From the IMG/VR virus record IMGVR_UViG_3300047564_001818: a DNA stretch of 64,000 nucleotides; one strand, given 5' to 3'. Positions 17,032-27,373 of the stretch are shown piece after piece. Below the pieces are notes generated by a model. The model made no database searches. It was given only the letters and a program-made list of their open reading frames with translations, and had not been told where the DNA came from. The position numbers and the translations under genes were made by a program. This stretch comes from a virus. Taxonomy: Duplodnaviria; Caudoviricetes. Positions within the stretch are counted from its first letter, which is position 1; every line of letters begins with the position of its first letter.

Positions 17032-20000
17032 GCCTGTGCTTCTCCCCATTTTAGAATAATATTAGCAATCGATGCTGCTCCACTAACTTTATACACGTTA
17101 ATAGCAAGAACATCAGGACCGTTAGGATAGGTACCTCTACCGCCAAGTGGAGTATTGGTTAATTCTTTCAGGGTCGAAAAGTCTACTGTTGCTCTTTCTC
17201 CAGGAGTAGCAATAAACGAAAATACTGTTTCGCCTGGTAAAGCAAATCCAGGTGTACCAAATTCAAACGTCACAGTGTTTGCTGCGCTAATAGCACTCAC
17301 TGAAGTTTGGTTAAATGTAACTTCATAAAATTGTGTGCTACCTAGCTGTAACAATCTTACATTGGAAACAGCAGTACCTGCAGGAAACTTTGTGTCACTA
17401 ACAGCTACAGGAGTACCTATAGTTGCACCGGATGCTTCCCAAGATGCTTTAGTAAACAGTAATCTATTGGTTATACCTGTAAAAGTTCTATATACAAATC
17501 TAACCAGCGGAGGACTCGGCCAGTTACTGGCTCTTTGTGTACTACCTGTAGTTGATCTAATAGATACTTCATACCCTGAACCTCCAGCTCCTGCTAAATT
17601 ACTGCTAGTTCGAACCTGTGTAACAAAATAAGTGCCTTGGGTTCCGTCGGTGTAGACAGTATCAGCTCCTGCGGCTGCACCATTGCCGCCGTATACAACT
17701 GAACCTTGTAGAACTGGACCTCTTAGATTATATTCAGCATCTGTAAATTCAATAGGTGATTGGTTTTCGTTAGTACCGTTTGCAGGAACATATACATATC
17801 CTGTATCAATATCAGCACTTACTGTAGCGGTTGCAGTACTTGTAGTGGCGCCCCAATCTACGCCGCCTCCCGGTGCAATCTGAGCAAAGCTAGGTTGGCC
17901 ACCTTGTGCTCTAGTACTTAATCCTGACCAACTAATATTTGAAGGATTGATAGGATAGTTTATGGGATTTAGTACTCCTTCTACAACTATACCACCAGTA
18001 ATAGGAGTTGCTGATGTGCCGCCTTCTGAAGTAATTTCTAATGACTGTAACAATAGTTGAGCACGATTAAGTAGTTCTCGTTCTCCTAAATCTCCTATAA
18101 TTGCATTAGATACACTAGGTGCAAGTCGAATAAGGAAAGAAGTTCTTTTTGTTGTAGTAACTGAAATACCTGTTGCTGCATACGAGAAGATATAGCCTCG
18201 ATCCTCGTCAAACCCGCCGTCTGTTAGAAACGCACTACCCCAATGGCTAATCAGCGGAGTAATAGTTTGAGATATGAGTATCACTCCAGTTCTAGAATCA
18301 TGCGTTGCTGCTATGCCTGCGGTATAACTTCTTGTAGCACCGGCTTGGAAGTTAGTAAACGTAGCTGCTCTAATACAACCAGTTAGTGTGTTAGTGGCTG
18401 TGTTGTTGCCTGCAAAAGATATAATTTCGTTATCAATATAAACAACTCCACTGTCTGGGAAAAAACTACTATCTTCTAGTACAACTGTTGTTTGACTGTT
18501 AGTCATAGCACTAGCTAGTTTACCACTCGGTCCTTCATTAGTAACTTCATAGCGAACAGGCAAGTTGCCCGAACGCATAAACGCTTCTGTGTTTACGTTG
18601 GAATTACGCATTCTATGTGCAAACACAAAGTTGCCGTCGCTGCCTCTTAACATAAAATCAATAAATCCAGCACCATACCAACTAAACTGAATGCCGATCA
18701 TTTGCATTTTAGCAATATCAATATCGTATCCGCTAGGACCAGTTCCGTCTAATCTGTCTAGATTAAACTCACTTTGTTTAACTTTTTTATCTGTTACTAG
18801 ATTTGCTTTTGTACCAGTAATATTTACAGTGCCTCGCCAATCGGGTGTTACAGTAATTTCTGTTTGACTGTTAACATGGCTTACTACGTGTGTCATACCT
18901 TTGATAACAATCCTATCGCCTGCTTTTAGTTGATCGCGGAATCTAGTATTTGTTCCAGTAATTAAATTGTTATCAACTTGCATAGCAATAGTGCCGGCTA
19001 GTTGTCGTGTACCGGATCTTTGATTTACACTAATAGTGGTGCCATCATATTCCCAGAAAATACCGTTTTGATCATCAAATATACCAGAACGTACTGTGGC
19101 GCCGTGCCATCTTACAACACTCATTTGAGAGCCAAATCCTAGTACAGCAGTGGTATTACCTAATCTTCTTTGAGCACGTATTTGAAATGTTCGTTCGTCT
19201 ATAACATTTACAACTTCGTAATCAAATGTAGGAGGAGTAGCAGTTTCAGGTCCACTGTTATATCCCGGAGTTTCTATACCTAGTAAACGTACAATGCCAC
19301 CTTCTTGAACTCCATGATCGTTGTCGTCAGTTACTACTGTGATTAAAGATCCTACTTCGACACTTTCGGCTGTTACACTGCGAATATCATAGCTTGGTGC
19401 AAATAAAGCACCAGTAGTGTACATGATGCCTTTACCTGATTGGTAACGGATATATTTTTTACTTTGACGTATTGCTTGTGCGCCGTGTTGTGGACCACCT
19501 GTTCCTAGTTGCACGCCGCCGTCATATGGTCTATGTATAAAGAAGCTGTCTGGTCTAGGATAAACTATTGCACTTATATCTGTACTATTATCAATTGTGC
19601 CTGCCGCCCTAGCTTGATATCTTAGTTTTAATAAGGTAGGAATTTCAGTAGCAAAAAATGATCCTGCTGCTAGCGCATGATTATTAGAACCGTTATCTGA
19701 AGTAACAGTTACAATAAATGTATTTCCAGGTACTAGACCGTGAGCTGTTGTAAAAGTAATTTCTAGTGTTGCAAGAGCTGCATAGTTAACTGTAGTGTTT
19801 GCTGGCAATAATGCTGTGGTAGATTCTGAAATTAATATAGTGCTGATTAAATCAAAATCATCACCTAAATCAGCAGTACCTAAACTGACTACATCAGTAA
19901 TTACTCCACTCGAAACTGTGTTAACTCGTAAAGTTAAGTCGTTTGCAGGTTGAGTCCCTCCAAGAATATCTCCTGGTATAATAATACGATTGCCTACTTG

Positions 20001-23000
20001 ATAGTTTGTGCCGCCATTAAGTACTATAGCTGAGTAAACTCCGTTATCTCTAGTTACTGCAAAAGTGGCGCTTGCTCCAGTAGGTGTACTATTTGCACCT
20101 TCAACGGCTGTATGAGAACTAGTGCTACCGTTAGCAGTTCCGCTTGGGCTAACTGAAGTAATTGTGCCGCTTGCATTAACTGTACTAATAGTGATAGTTA
20201 AATCGTTAGTAGGAGTAGTTCCAATTAGACTAGACCCAAGAATTGTGAAGGTTTGACCTGCTCCATAGTTTGTTCCGCCACTGTTGACTGTAATCGAGTA
20301 TATGCCGCCCGATAAGCCGACATTTATATCAAAACCAGTTCCGATTAAATTATTGCCAGTTAAGAAAGTTCTAGCCTGGCTGTTAACGGCAGTACCGGAC
20401 ACACTAGATGCTGTAATTTCGCCAGAACCGCCTACATTGTCTACTGTGATTGTTAAATTATTAGTAGGTGTAGTTCCGCCTAATTCAGCACCAACAACAG
20501 TAATAGTTTCAGTTGCTAAGAATCCCGATCCAGGATTATTAAATACCACCGAGTAGGTAGTTCCTGATCGTGTTACAGTAAAATCTATTCCTATTCCCGA
20601 TCCGCTGGTAGTATACGCAGGGTTGTCGTAACTAACTAGTGCATTTGGAGCAGTTCCTGATATAGATACTGAAGTTATAGATCCATCTAATCCTACACCT
20701 GTAACTGTTAGTTTAGCATCGTTGGTAGGCGAAGTTCCATTTGAGTTAATAGTATTACCAGGAATTATAATTATATCGTTTATTGCGTAACCAGTTGAAC
20801 TGTCAGGCGATGTTATGTCAGCTGTTAAGAACACGTTGTTTGCAAATGTAATATCAAATTGCGCATTAGTTCCTGTGCCACTGTTAACTGTAGGAGTTAA
20901 CCCAGACACGGTTGTTGTACCATTAAATGCTGTTCCACTAGAATTAAAGGTTGTAATAATTCCATTGTTAGTACCAGTTACAGTAATTGTAATATCGTGA
21001 GTAGGCGTTGCGCCACCTACACTATTGCCTAATATTACAATAATGTCACCTATTTCATAATTTGTGCCGCCGGTATTCAAACTTATACTGTACACACCAG
21101 CAGCTCTTGATACATCAAATGTAGCGCCTGCACCTGCTGGAGAATCGTTTGATCCACTAATGCCGGTATAGACTTCAATGTTTCCTATAATTGGCGATGT
21201 AAAATTACCACTGAAGATTATGTCATTTCCGTCAATTTCATCAACAAATATTGCAACACCGTCGCCTCTGTCTACTGCTAGATTAGGAACAATACCAGTT
21301 GGATCATCAACTGTTATTGTATTAACTCCGCTAGAATATGATCCTACTACATCCGGAGTTATGTAGGTGCCGCCACCGGCACTGTTATCAATAATTCCAG
21401 TAACTTGAGCTCCAGTAGGTATTGCTCCTGTGCCATCTACTAGTGGTGCACCAATTTCAGGAGATGCTCCGTCAAACGGTATAATTGTGCTTCCTGTTGA
21501 CACAGCAAGTTCGGACACAAAAGATCCCGACGTTCCGTTACTTAATACTGCAACTGTAGGTGATCCAATACTTGCTCCGGTATAAAATCCAGCTTGTCTA
21601 AGCTGTGTATAGGTTGTACTTAATACATCGCCATTAGTAGTGCCTACTTTAGATTTTGCAAAGAAAGTAAATGTAGTAGCAGTAGGCACAGTATTAATTA
21701 CAAAGCTGCCTTCAGCTCTTGCTGCACCAACTATCGAATCTTCTAGTGCTTTAATAGTAATAGGTGTACCTGCAATAAAACCATGAGGACCAACTGTAGT
21801 AACTGTAATTAATGATTGACCTACTCCACTGGTACCAGAGCTTGCATCAGTAACAACACTAAGAACTCCAGTATCAGTTCCTGGAATTTCATATACTGAC
21901 GGATAACCTCTAAGAGTACCTATTGCTGCCCATTTTGTTGGCTGTAGACCATATTCAAAGTCTGCGTCGAGCATAGACAGTGCAGGAGCAACACGCATAC
22001 GTTCAATTGCATCTGTTCCAAAGCTGTGTGGTCTAACAGTGGTTATGCTTTTACCGTTTTCTATATTTTCTACAAATATTTGCAGTTCGTCTGTTAAACT
22101 GTGATTACTAGTATCATAATTTAAAGTGATAGTTGTAATAGCGTCAGTGGTTTGAAGATACTTTGGAAAACTAGAATCAGTTTCAATTCCGTCTGTCTTA
22201 AGTGTAACTACGCCGCCTGTTGTAGGATTATTAAAACTATAGATAATTTCATTCTTTGTTGCATTTGTAATCAAAAGCATTTGATCAAGATCGTATCGAC
22301 CTTGTATTTTAATAGTGCCAACTCCAGTCGGTATTGCAGTTGGCATCGCAGTTAAACCGTTGGTAATAACATCTACTGTATTAAAGGCTAGTGTGTTTAT
22401 TTTAGCAACAGCACCGGACGTTAAACTGTTGGCTGTAGCACTAACAAAAGTATGTGTACTAGTGTCTGAACTTATGCCTACATTTACCGTAATTGTTGTA
22501 GCAGTTACAGACGTAATAGATAACGGAGCATAATAATAAGGATCTTTTCCTGTGCTGTTAGGAACACCAGAAGCTCTAGGATATGAATGAGTAGTAGCAT
22601 TACCGTTAAGAGCACAAGTAAAAGTTATGCTTGCTGGAGCAATAAAAATTTCTGTTCCAGCAGTTAAACTATGACTGCCTATTGTAAGCGTCATGTTTCC
22701 GGTTGATGGATTATAAGTTGCTGCGGTTGGAGTAAATTGAAGATTTGCAACAGTTTTTGATACATCTATAGTTTGTGCGATTTCAGTGTTAGAAGCTGAA
22801 TACGCAGTATTAGTAAAAATATAATTTTTTATTAGTGTTCCAATAAATGTGTGAGTTTGTATTTCTGGCTGGCGTGTTCCATCAACTTGTGCAACTCCTT
22901 GGTCCCAGTAATACTTTATAGTATTTCTTAACTTTTCGTTGCCGCCATATCTTAAGTCATACAGATAAGCATCAATAACAAATCCTACATCTCTTTCGCA

Positions 23001-23192
23001 TTTAGGTTGATTGTAAGTATAGCCTACAAAACCACTAACACCTGCATCTATTTGATCTTGTATCCAGGCATTTGCTTCTTTTTGAATAAACTCTTTGTTA
23101 CTACTTAACAGGTCATATGCATTAGGATAAAGATTATCTGCTGCTCCTATACCTGGTTTAAATACGTAATTTTTTATTTGTGTTTTTGCCAT
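17028..23192 (-). CDS. Very large virion structural/fibre protein (2054 aa) with internal repeats
   Basis: Gly/Thr/Ser-rich; five 'G..Y..GD.I.I.G..LGG..P.ND(L)TITV' repeats; conserved-looking DADFEYGLQPTKWA and RQSKKYIRYQSGKG blocks. Confidence 0.75.
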   Translation of the reverse strand: MAKTQIKNYVFKPGIGAADNLYPNAYDLLSSNKEFIQKEANAWIQDQIDAGVSGFVGYTYNQPKCERDVGFVIDAYLYDLRYGGNEKLRNTIKYYWDQGVAQVDGTRQPEIQTHTFIGTLIKNYIFTNTAYSASNTEIAQTIDVSKTVANLQFTPTAATYNPSTGNMTLTIGSHSLTAGTEIFIAPASITFTCALNGNATTHSYPRASGVPNSTGKDPYYYAPLSITSVTATTITVNVGISSDTSTHTFVSATANSLTSGAVAKINTLAFNTVDVITNGLTAMPTAIPTGVGTIKIQGRYDLDQMLLITNATKNEIIYSFNNPTTGGVVTLKTDGIETDSSFPKYLQTTDAITTITLNYDTSNHSLTDELQIFVENIENGKSITTVRPHSFGTDAIERMRVAPALSMLDADFEYGLQPTKWAAIGTLRGYPSVYEIPGTDTGVLSVVTDASSGTSGVGQSLITVTTVGPHGFIAGTPITIKALEDSIVGAARAEGSFVINTVPTATTFTFFAKSKVGTTNGDVLSTTYTQLRQAGFYTGASIGSPTVAVLSNGTSGSFVSELAVSTGSTIIPFDGASPEIGAPLVDGTGAIPTGAQVTGIIDNSAGGGTYITPDVVGSYSSGVNTITVDDPTGIVPNLAVDRGDGVAIFVDEIDGNDIIFSGNFTSPIIGNIEVYTGISGSNDSPAGAGATFDVSRAAGVYSISLNTGGTNYEIGDIIVILGNSVGGATPTHDITITVTGTNNGIITTFNSSGTAFNGTTTVSGLTPTVNSGTGTNAQFDITFANNVFLTADITSPDSSTGYAINDIIIIPGNTINSNGTSPTNDAKLTVTGVGLDGSITSVSISGTAPNALVSYDNPAYTTSGSGIGIDFTVTRSGTTYSVVFNNPGSGFLATETITVVGAELGGTTPTNNLTITVDNVGGSGEITASSVSGTAVNSQARTFLTGNNLIGTGFDINVGLSGGIYSITVNSGGTNYGAGQTFTILGSSLIGTTPTNDLTITISTVNASGTITSVSPSGTANGSTSSHTAVEGANSTPTGASATFAVTRDNGVYSAIVLNGGTNYQVGNRIIIPGDILGGTQPANDLTLRVNTVSSGVITDVVSLGTADLGDDFDLISTILISESTTALLPANTTVNYAALATLEITFTTAHGLVPGNTFIVTVTSDNGSNNHALAAGSFFATEIPTLLKLRYQARAAGTIDNSTDISAIVYPRPDSFFIHRPYDGGVQLGTGGPQHGAQAIRQSKKYIRYQSGKGIMYTTGALFAPSYDIRSVTAESVEVGSLITVVTDDNDHGVQEGGIVRLLGIETPGYNSGPETATPPTFDYEVVNVIDERTFQIRAQRRLGNTTAVLGFGSQMSVVRWHGATVRSGIFDDQNGIFWEYDGTTISVNQRSGTRQLAGTIAMQVDNNLITGTNTRFRDQLKAGDRIVIKGMTHVVSHVNSQTEITVTPDWRGTVNITGTKANLVTDKKVKQSEFNLDRLDGTGPSGYDIDIAKMQMIGIQFSWYGAGFIDFMLRGSDGNFVFAHRMRNSNVNTEAFMRSGNLPVRYEVTNEGPSGKLASAMTNSQTTVVLEDSSFFPDSGVVYIDNEIISFAGNNTATNTLTGCIRAATFTNFQAGATRSYTAGIAATHDSRTGVILISQTITPLISHWGSAFLTDGGFDEDRGYIFSYAATGISVTTTKRTSFLIRLAPSVSNAIIGDLGERELLNRAQLLLQSLEITSEGGTSATPITGGIVVEGVLNPINYPINPSNISWSGLSTRAQGGQPSFAQIAPGGGVDWGATTSTATATVSADIDTGYVYVPANGTNENQSPIEFTDAEYNLRGPVLQGSVVYGGNGAAAGADTVYTDGTQGTYFVTQVRTSSNLAGAGGSGYEVSIRSTTGSTQRASNWPSPPLVRFVYRTFTGITNRLLFTKASWEASGATIGTPVAVSDTKFPAGTAVSNVRLLQLGSTQFYEVTFNQTSVSAISAANTVTFEFGTPGFALPGETVFSFIATPGERATVDFSTLKELTNTPLGGRGTYPNGPDVLAINVYKVSGAASIANIILKWGEAQA

Positions 23193-23195
23193 CTT

Positions 23196-24068
23196 TTAAC
23201 TTCCGAGTGCTATTGCAAATGCTGCGCTTGTTAGATCTACATAAGACTTTTTTGTAACTTCGTTTGGACCAGCAGGTTCGTTAACAACAGATGCAGTACT
23301 AAATGTAGCTACTGCTGGAGTAATTGATCCTATTACAGTGTTATTTATTTGACTGTCTTTTATAGGAATTGACAATCCTGTGCTGTCAATAACACCTACA
23401 ACACTAGAGTCTCCTGTTATCAAACGTATTTCTAAGTCTGCTTTAAGTGTTAATGTAGAGTTAGATTCGATATCAGTAGTACTAATTAAATCACCTACTC
23501 TTAGAGTTTTTGCAATAGCTACTCCACCTGCAACAGTTAATGCTCCATTAGATAAAGTTGTAGTGTCTGTTGTACTGTTTATAGATACTGTACTAAAGGA
23601 ACCTATAGGATCTAGGACATTAATTGTACCAAACACTGAAGCTGTATCATTAGAATAATAAATGGTAGATTCAGTATACGTACTGGGAATAGTTATAGAA
23701 AGTGTCCCTGTTCGTTTTGCTTGTGCTTCGGCGCCTCTATCACCTGAGCTGTGTATAAGATTAATACTGTATAAGGTAGTTTGATCTTCTCTATAAAAAG
23801 TAATCCCAGTAGTAGTTAAATTTAGATCAAATACATAAGTTCTTGATTTAAATAAACTTATTGTTGGATTAGTACCAGCAACGTCTTGAATTAAAAAATT
23901 ATTAGAGACATCATTTGTTAATATAAAATCAGCAAGTGTTCCAGGACCAGGAGCAGTTTCTGATAAAGTAATAGAGGTGGCAGTAATGTTTCCTTCATCA
24001 TCAACAGTAAAATTATTACTTTTAAATCCAAAATCCGAAACAAATTGTGTTTCACTAACTCTTTTCAT
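23196..24068 (-). CDS. Virion fibre/structural protein
   Basis: 'NPTISLFKSRTYVFDL' cupredoxin-like module, 'GALTVAGGVAIAK' fibre repeat, C-terminal 'TKKSYVD'; ATAAATA at 24086-24092 and AGGAG SD. Confidence 0.7.
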   Translation of the reverse strand: MKRVSETQFVSDFGFKSNNFTVDDEGNITATSITLSETAPGPGTLADFILTNDVSNNFLIQDVAGTNPTISLFKSRTYVFDLNLTTTGITFYREDQTTLYSINLIHSSGDRGAEAQAKRTGTLSITIPSTYTESTIYYSNDTASVFGTINVLDPIGSFSTVSINSTTDTTTLSNGALTVAGGVAIAKTLRVGDLISTTDIESNSTLTLKADLEIRLITGDSSVVGVIDSTGLSIPIKDSQINNTVIGSITPAVATFSTASVVNEPAGPNEVTKKSYVDLTSAAFAIALGS

Positions 24069-24104
24069 GCCAGTCTCCTATCATATATTTATTTAAAATA
24101 CGGA

Positions 24105-24506
24105 TTAGAGATTTAGAGGAGTTTGATTAACGAAATAATTACCTGTATAGAAAAATTTTGCACCATTCACTTTTACATCTTTAGGCGAAATATATAGTTC
24201 TAAATAAGTTTCATTTACTATAGCAGACAGTTCCACTAGATCTATGTTAGTATTGTTTCTTGCGTATACGACTAAACTTGCATCATCTACTGTTGCAACA
24301 ACTAAACATTTGACAATTTCTTTATTATTAGCATTTAAATCAACTGTTATAGTATAGTCTGCACCGGAGAAATCTCCTAGATACCAACGCTCTATTAGAG
24401 TTTTTTCATAAATTTGTTGCCAAGAGTTATTGTAGGAAAATCCTGTATTGTTAATTTGGACAGTGTTATTCGATCCTCTACTAAAAACTTCGTTAGCATT
24501 AAACAT
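24105..24506 (-). CDS. Small beta-rich structural protein
   Basis: ORF 24105..24521; ATG at 24506 preferred over TTG; GATAAATA at 24535-24542. Confidence 0.65.
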   Translation of the reverse strand: MFNANEVFSRGSNNTVQINNTGFSYNNSWQQIYEKTLIERWYLGDFSGADYTITVDLNANNKEIVKCLVVATVDDASLVVYARNNTNIDLVELSAIVNETYLELYISPKDVKVNGAKFFYTGNYFVNQTPLNL

Positions 24507-24540
24507 ATTTTTTCCATTCAAAAGATTACAAATCTATTTA

Positions 24541-26331
24541 TCAGTTTTTAATAGATAGAATTTTCTGATATTCTGGTAGATATAGGTATTCAATATCGCT
24601 TTGCTGTAGGGTCCATAATGCATCTTCTAGTGTTTCTACTAGAGGTTCGCCGCCTAGATTGAAACTGGTATTAAACACTATAGGAACGCCTGTACGCTCT
24701 TTAAATTTTTTTATAATATCGTAGTAGTGAGGATTTTGTTCTCTATTAACTGTTTGAATTCTACAAGTTCCGTCAATATGAATGATACTAGGAATTTTTT
24801 CTTCTACACCCGGTTGACAATCTACAGCATACATCATTGTAGGTGATGACTGCATTCCACGTAGATTAAACCATTCGTGTACATCTTCTTCAAGAATTGA
24901 TCCTGCAAATGGACGGAAATATTCTCTGCGTTTAACTGTATTAACAAAATCTTTGCCATCTTCAAATGTTGGGTCAAAAAGTAGACTTCTGTTGCCCAAT
25001 GCTCTTGGCCCATTTTCTGAACGACCTTGAAATACTGCTACAATGTTTTTATTTGTAATTAAATTCACCAAGGTTTCATGATCAGCATCTTCTACTACAG
25101 CACCGTATTTTTCTGCTACAGAATCTATATCTGCGCTGGTATACTTGTATTCTGGCCCTAAATAGAGATTGTCATCTCTATTTTTTGTATTGTTGTTGCC
25201 GGTAATATTATGATACCAATAGTAAGCAGCACCTATAGAAGTGCCAGCATCGTTTGATATAGGTTCTACATAAAGATTTATATCTAACTCGGCTAACTCT
25301 TTCAAATAATAATAGTTTGCTACACAATTTAACCCATAGCCGCCGCTTAATACAACGTTTTTATTACCGGTTTTTTCTACTGCTAATTTTATCAAATCTA
25401 ATATAGCTTCTTGACTTTCTTTTTGAACTGCATAAGCCAAGTCGCGTCTTGATTCTAGTTGAGTTAAATCTTCTTGTCTTGCTAAAATTTCACTAGGAGT
25501 TTCTAAAAATTCAAATCGCCCTTCGTTAACTACAGCACCATTAGGATAGGTAGGAACAATTACATTTCGATCTGCAGACTGCCATTTTTTGCCGTTACAG
25601 TCTGTATAAATCTTTGGTACTAGACTGTTAGGTTTACCGTAAGGAGATAGACCCATTGTTTTTCCAGCTTCAATTGGACTCCAGCCACAATATTGTGTTA
25701 CTGCTTCGTATGCTTTAACAATGCCTGCTGTTTCGTCTATAATTAGATCAAAGGGATCTTCGTTTTCGTAAAGTTGTATATTAGTTAATTTGTTACTTCC
25801 CCATGGTCCACGACCACCGACGTGTTTGTAAACAGTTTGGAATTCATTTGGGTATGAGCAATCAAACACAGTTTCTAATTCCCATACAGTTGTAGATTCT
25901 CCTCCGGTATTCAAAGGAATAAATGTACCTGCACCATCTACTATCACAGCCGTAGCGGTTTCAAACCCGCTTCTGTAAAAAGCACAGGCTGCGTGTAATT
26001 TGTGATGAACAAAACTAAGATCAATTACCTGTGGATGATCGTACATATTAGCTTTTCGATCAATCAATCCTAATTTTCTTGCAAGACCAGTATAAATGTC
26101 GTCGCCTGTAAAATCTATTTTTCCAGCAGTATCTTTTAAACCTTGAGTATGAGCTATTACAAGATAATCAATCTTGTCTGTATAATCTAAAATTTTAACC
26201 ATAGCAGCAAGTGGGCCGCCGTCGTATTTGTGTCTACTAAGACGTTCTTCTTCTATGCTAAAAACGATCTCGCCATCTTTGAGCAAGCACACACTGGCAT
26301 TGTGACCTCTTGATATTGCTGCGATCCACAT
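24541..26331 (-). CDS. Carbamoyltransferase (CmcH/NodU/TobZ family)
   Basis: GHNASVCL, EEERLSRHK, HHKLHAACAF, SGGYGLNCVAN, GPRALGNRS, KRREYFRPFA and NTSFNLGGEPLV motifs. Confidence 0.92.
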   Translation of the reverse strand: MWIAAISRGHNASVCLLKDGEIVFSIEEERLSRHKYDGGPLAAMVKILDYTDKIDYLVIAHTQGLKDTAGKIDFTGDDIYTGLARKLGLIDRKANMYDHPQVIDLSFVHHKLHAACAFYRSGFETATAVIVDGAGTFIPLNTGGESTTVWELETVFDCSYPNEFQTVYKHVGGRGPWGSNKLTNIQLYENEDPFDLIIDETAGIVKAYEAVTQYCGWSPIEAGKTMGLSPYGKPNSLVPKIYTDCNGKKWQSADRNVIVPTYPNGAVVNEGRFEFLETPSEILARQEDLTQLESRRDLAYAVQKESQEAILDLIKLAVEKTGNKNVVLSGGYGLNCVANYYYLKELAELDINLYVEPISNDAGTSIGAAYYWYHNITGNNNTKNRDDNLYLGPEYKYTSADIDSVAEKYGAVVEDADHETLVNLITNKNIVAVFQGRSENGPRALGNRSLLFDPTFEDGKDFVNTVKRREYFRPFAGSILEEDVHEWFNLRGMQSSPTMMYAVDCQPGVEEKIPSIIHIDGTCRIQTVNREQNPHYYDIIKKFKERTGVPIVFNTSFNLGGEPLVETLEDALWTLQQSDIEYLYLPEYQKILSIKN

Positions 26332-26332
26332 A

Positions 26333-27283
26333 TTATTTTTTGTCCTTTTTATTTTCTATATGACTTTTAACCGAATTTACAATATAATCAACAATTTTAT
26401 CATTTAACTGCATTAATCTTTCGTTGTTAAGCATACTAACTTCGTCGTAACTAATTCTTATAGGATCGTATATTCTTCTTCCTTCACCTAAGTCAATAAT
26501 ATTAAAATTAGTATCACTAGGATAAGATGTATTGATAGGAAATGTAGAAGATATTAATACCGAAGATCTTTTTTCAAGCGCATGTGCAATGTGTTGGCCG
26601 ACACTGTCGATTCCTACAAAATAATCTGCTTCTGCAATTATTCCTGCCCATTTCTTTAAAGATATATTAATCGGCATTGCTACCGGATCTAACTTATTTT
26701 TTTCAGCTTCTATTTTAAATTCACTCATTAAAACAATACCGTAGTCTTTTTGTAATTTTCTAATAATTTCAATAGTATCAGTTAAAGTTAAAGATCTTCC
26801 GCTTTGATCTACTATAGTATTTCCAAATTCATTGGTTCCTCTACCAAATGGCTGGAATACAATTGTTTTTGATTTTTTAGTTTTTTCTTTTACTTCGTTA
26901 ATTACTTCAATTCCGCTATAAAATTCTTCAGAACTTAGACTGATGCTAGGTCTAGGCAAATCTCTAACGCCCTTGTTGTTTATAGCAATATCAAATGCTT
27001 GTGCTAGACTACACTGTTGATTGTAGTATTCCCAAACTCTATAAGGCTCAGGAGTTACACAATTTCGATTTTTAATTTTATCTACAAATAAATCTTTGTG
27101 TCCTACATCAAATGATCTAGCATGAAGTGTTGAATGTCCTTTAAAAAATTCCATTCCGCCTTCACACACAATAATAAAATCGTCAGTTGGGTTTTCTTCT
27201 TGGTATTTTTCAAAAGCAGGTATGCTGCAAATTACTCTTCCGGCGCCGCCATTTATAAAAAAAGCTGAACTTCTAGCTGTCAT
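26333..27283 (-). CDS. GT9-like (heptosyltransferase-type, GT-B) glycosyltransferase
   Basis: N-terminal 'INGGAGRVICSIPAFEKYQEENP' and C-terminal 'IIAEADYFVGIDSVGQHIAHALEK' match the GT9 pattern (GDVxxxxP...; ADxxVxxDSGxxHxAxA); GTAAATA at 27305-27311. Confidence 0.7.
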   Translation of the reverse strand: MTARSSAFFINGGAGRVICSIPAFEKYQEENPTDDFIIVCEGGMEFFKGHSTLHARSFDVGHKDLFVDKIKNRNCVTPEPYRVWEYYNQQCSLAQAFDIAINNKGVRDLPRPSISLSSEEFYSGIEVINEVKEKTKKSKTIVFQPFGRGTNEFGNTIVDQSGRSLTLTDTIEIIRKLQKDYGIVLMSEFKIEAEKNKLDPVAMPINISLKKWAGIIAEADYFVGIDSVGQHIAHALEKRSSVLISSTFPINTSYPSDTNFNIIDLGEGRRIYDPIRISYDEVSMLNNERLMQLNDKIVDYIVNSVKSHIENKKDKK

Positions 27284-27311
27284 TGGAATTCCTTAGTGTT
27301 CAGATATTTAC

Positions 27312-27348
27312 AAAAGAAAAAAGATTCAGACAACAAGTCTGAATCTTT
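27312..27348 (-). terminator. Intrinsic terminator immediately upstream of the GT9 late promoter
   Basis: 12 bp stem AAAGATTCAGAC/GTCTGAATCTTT, 5 nt loop, T-run on the minus strand. Confidence 0.8.
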
Positions 27349-27373
27349 CTATTAATTATAAATTTTATAAAAT

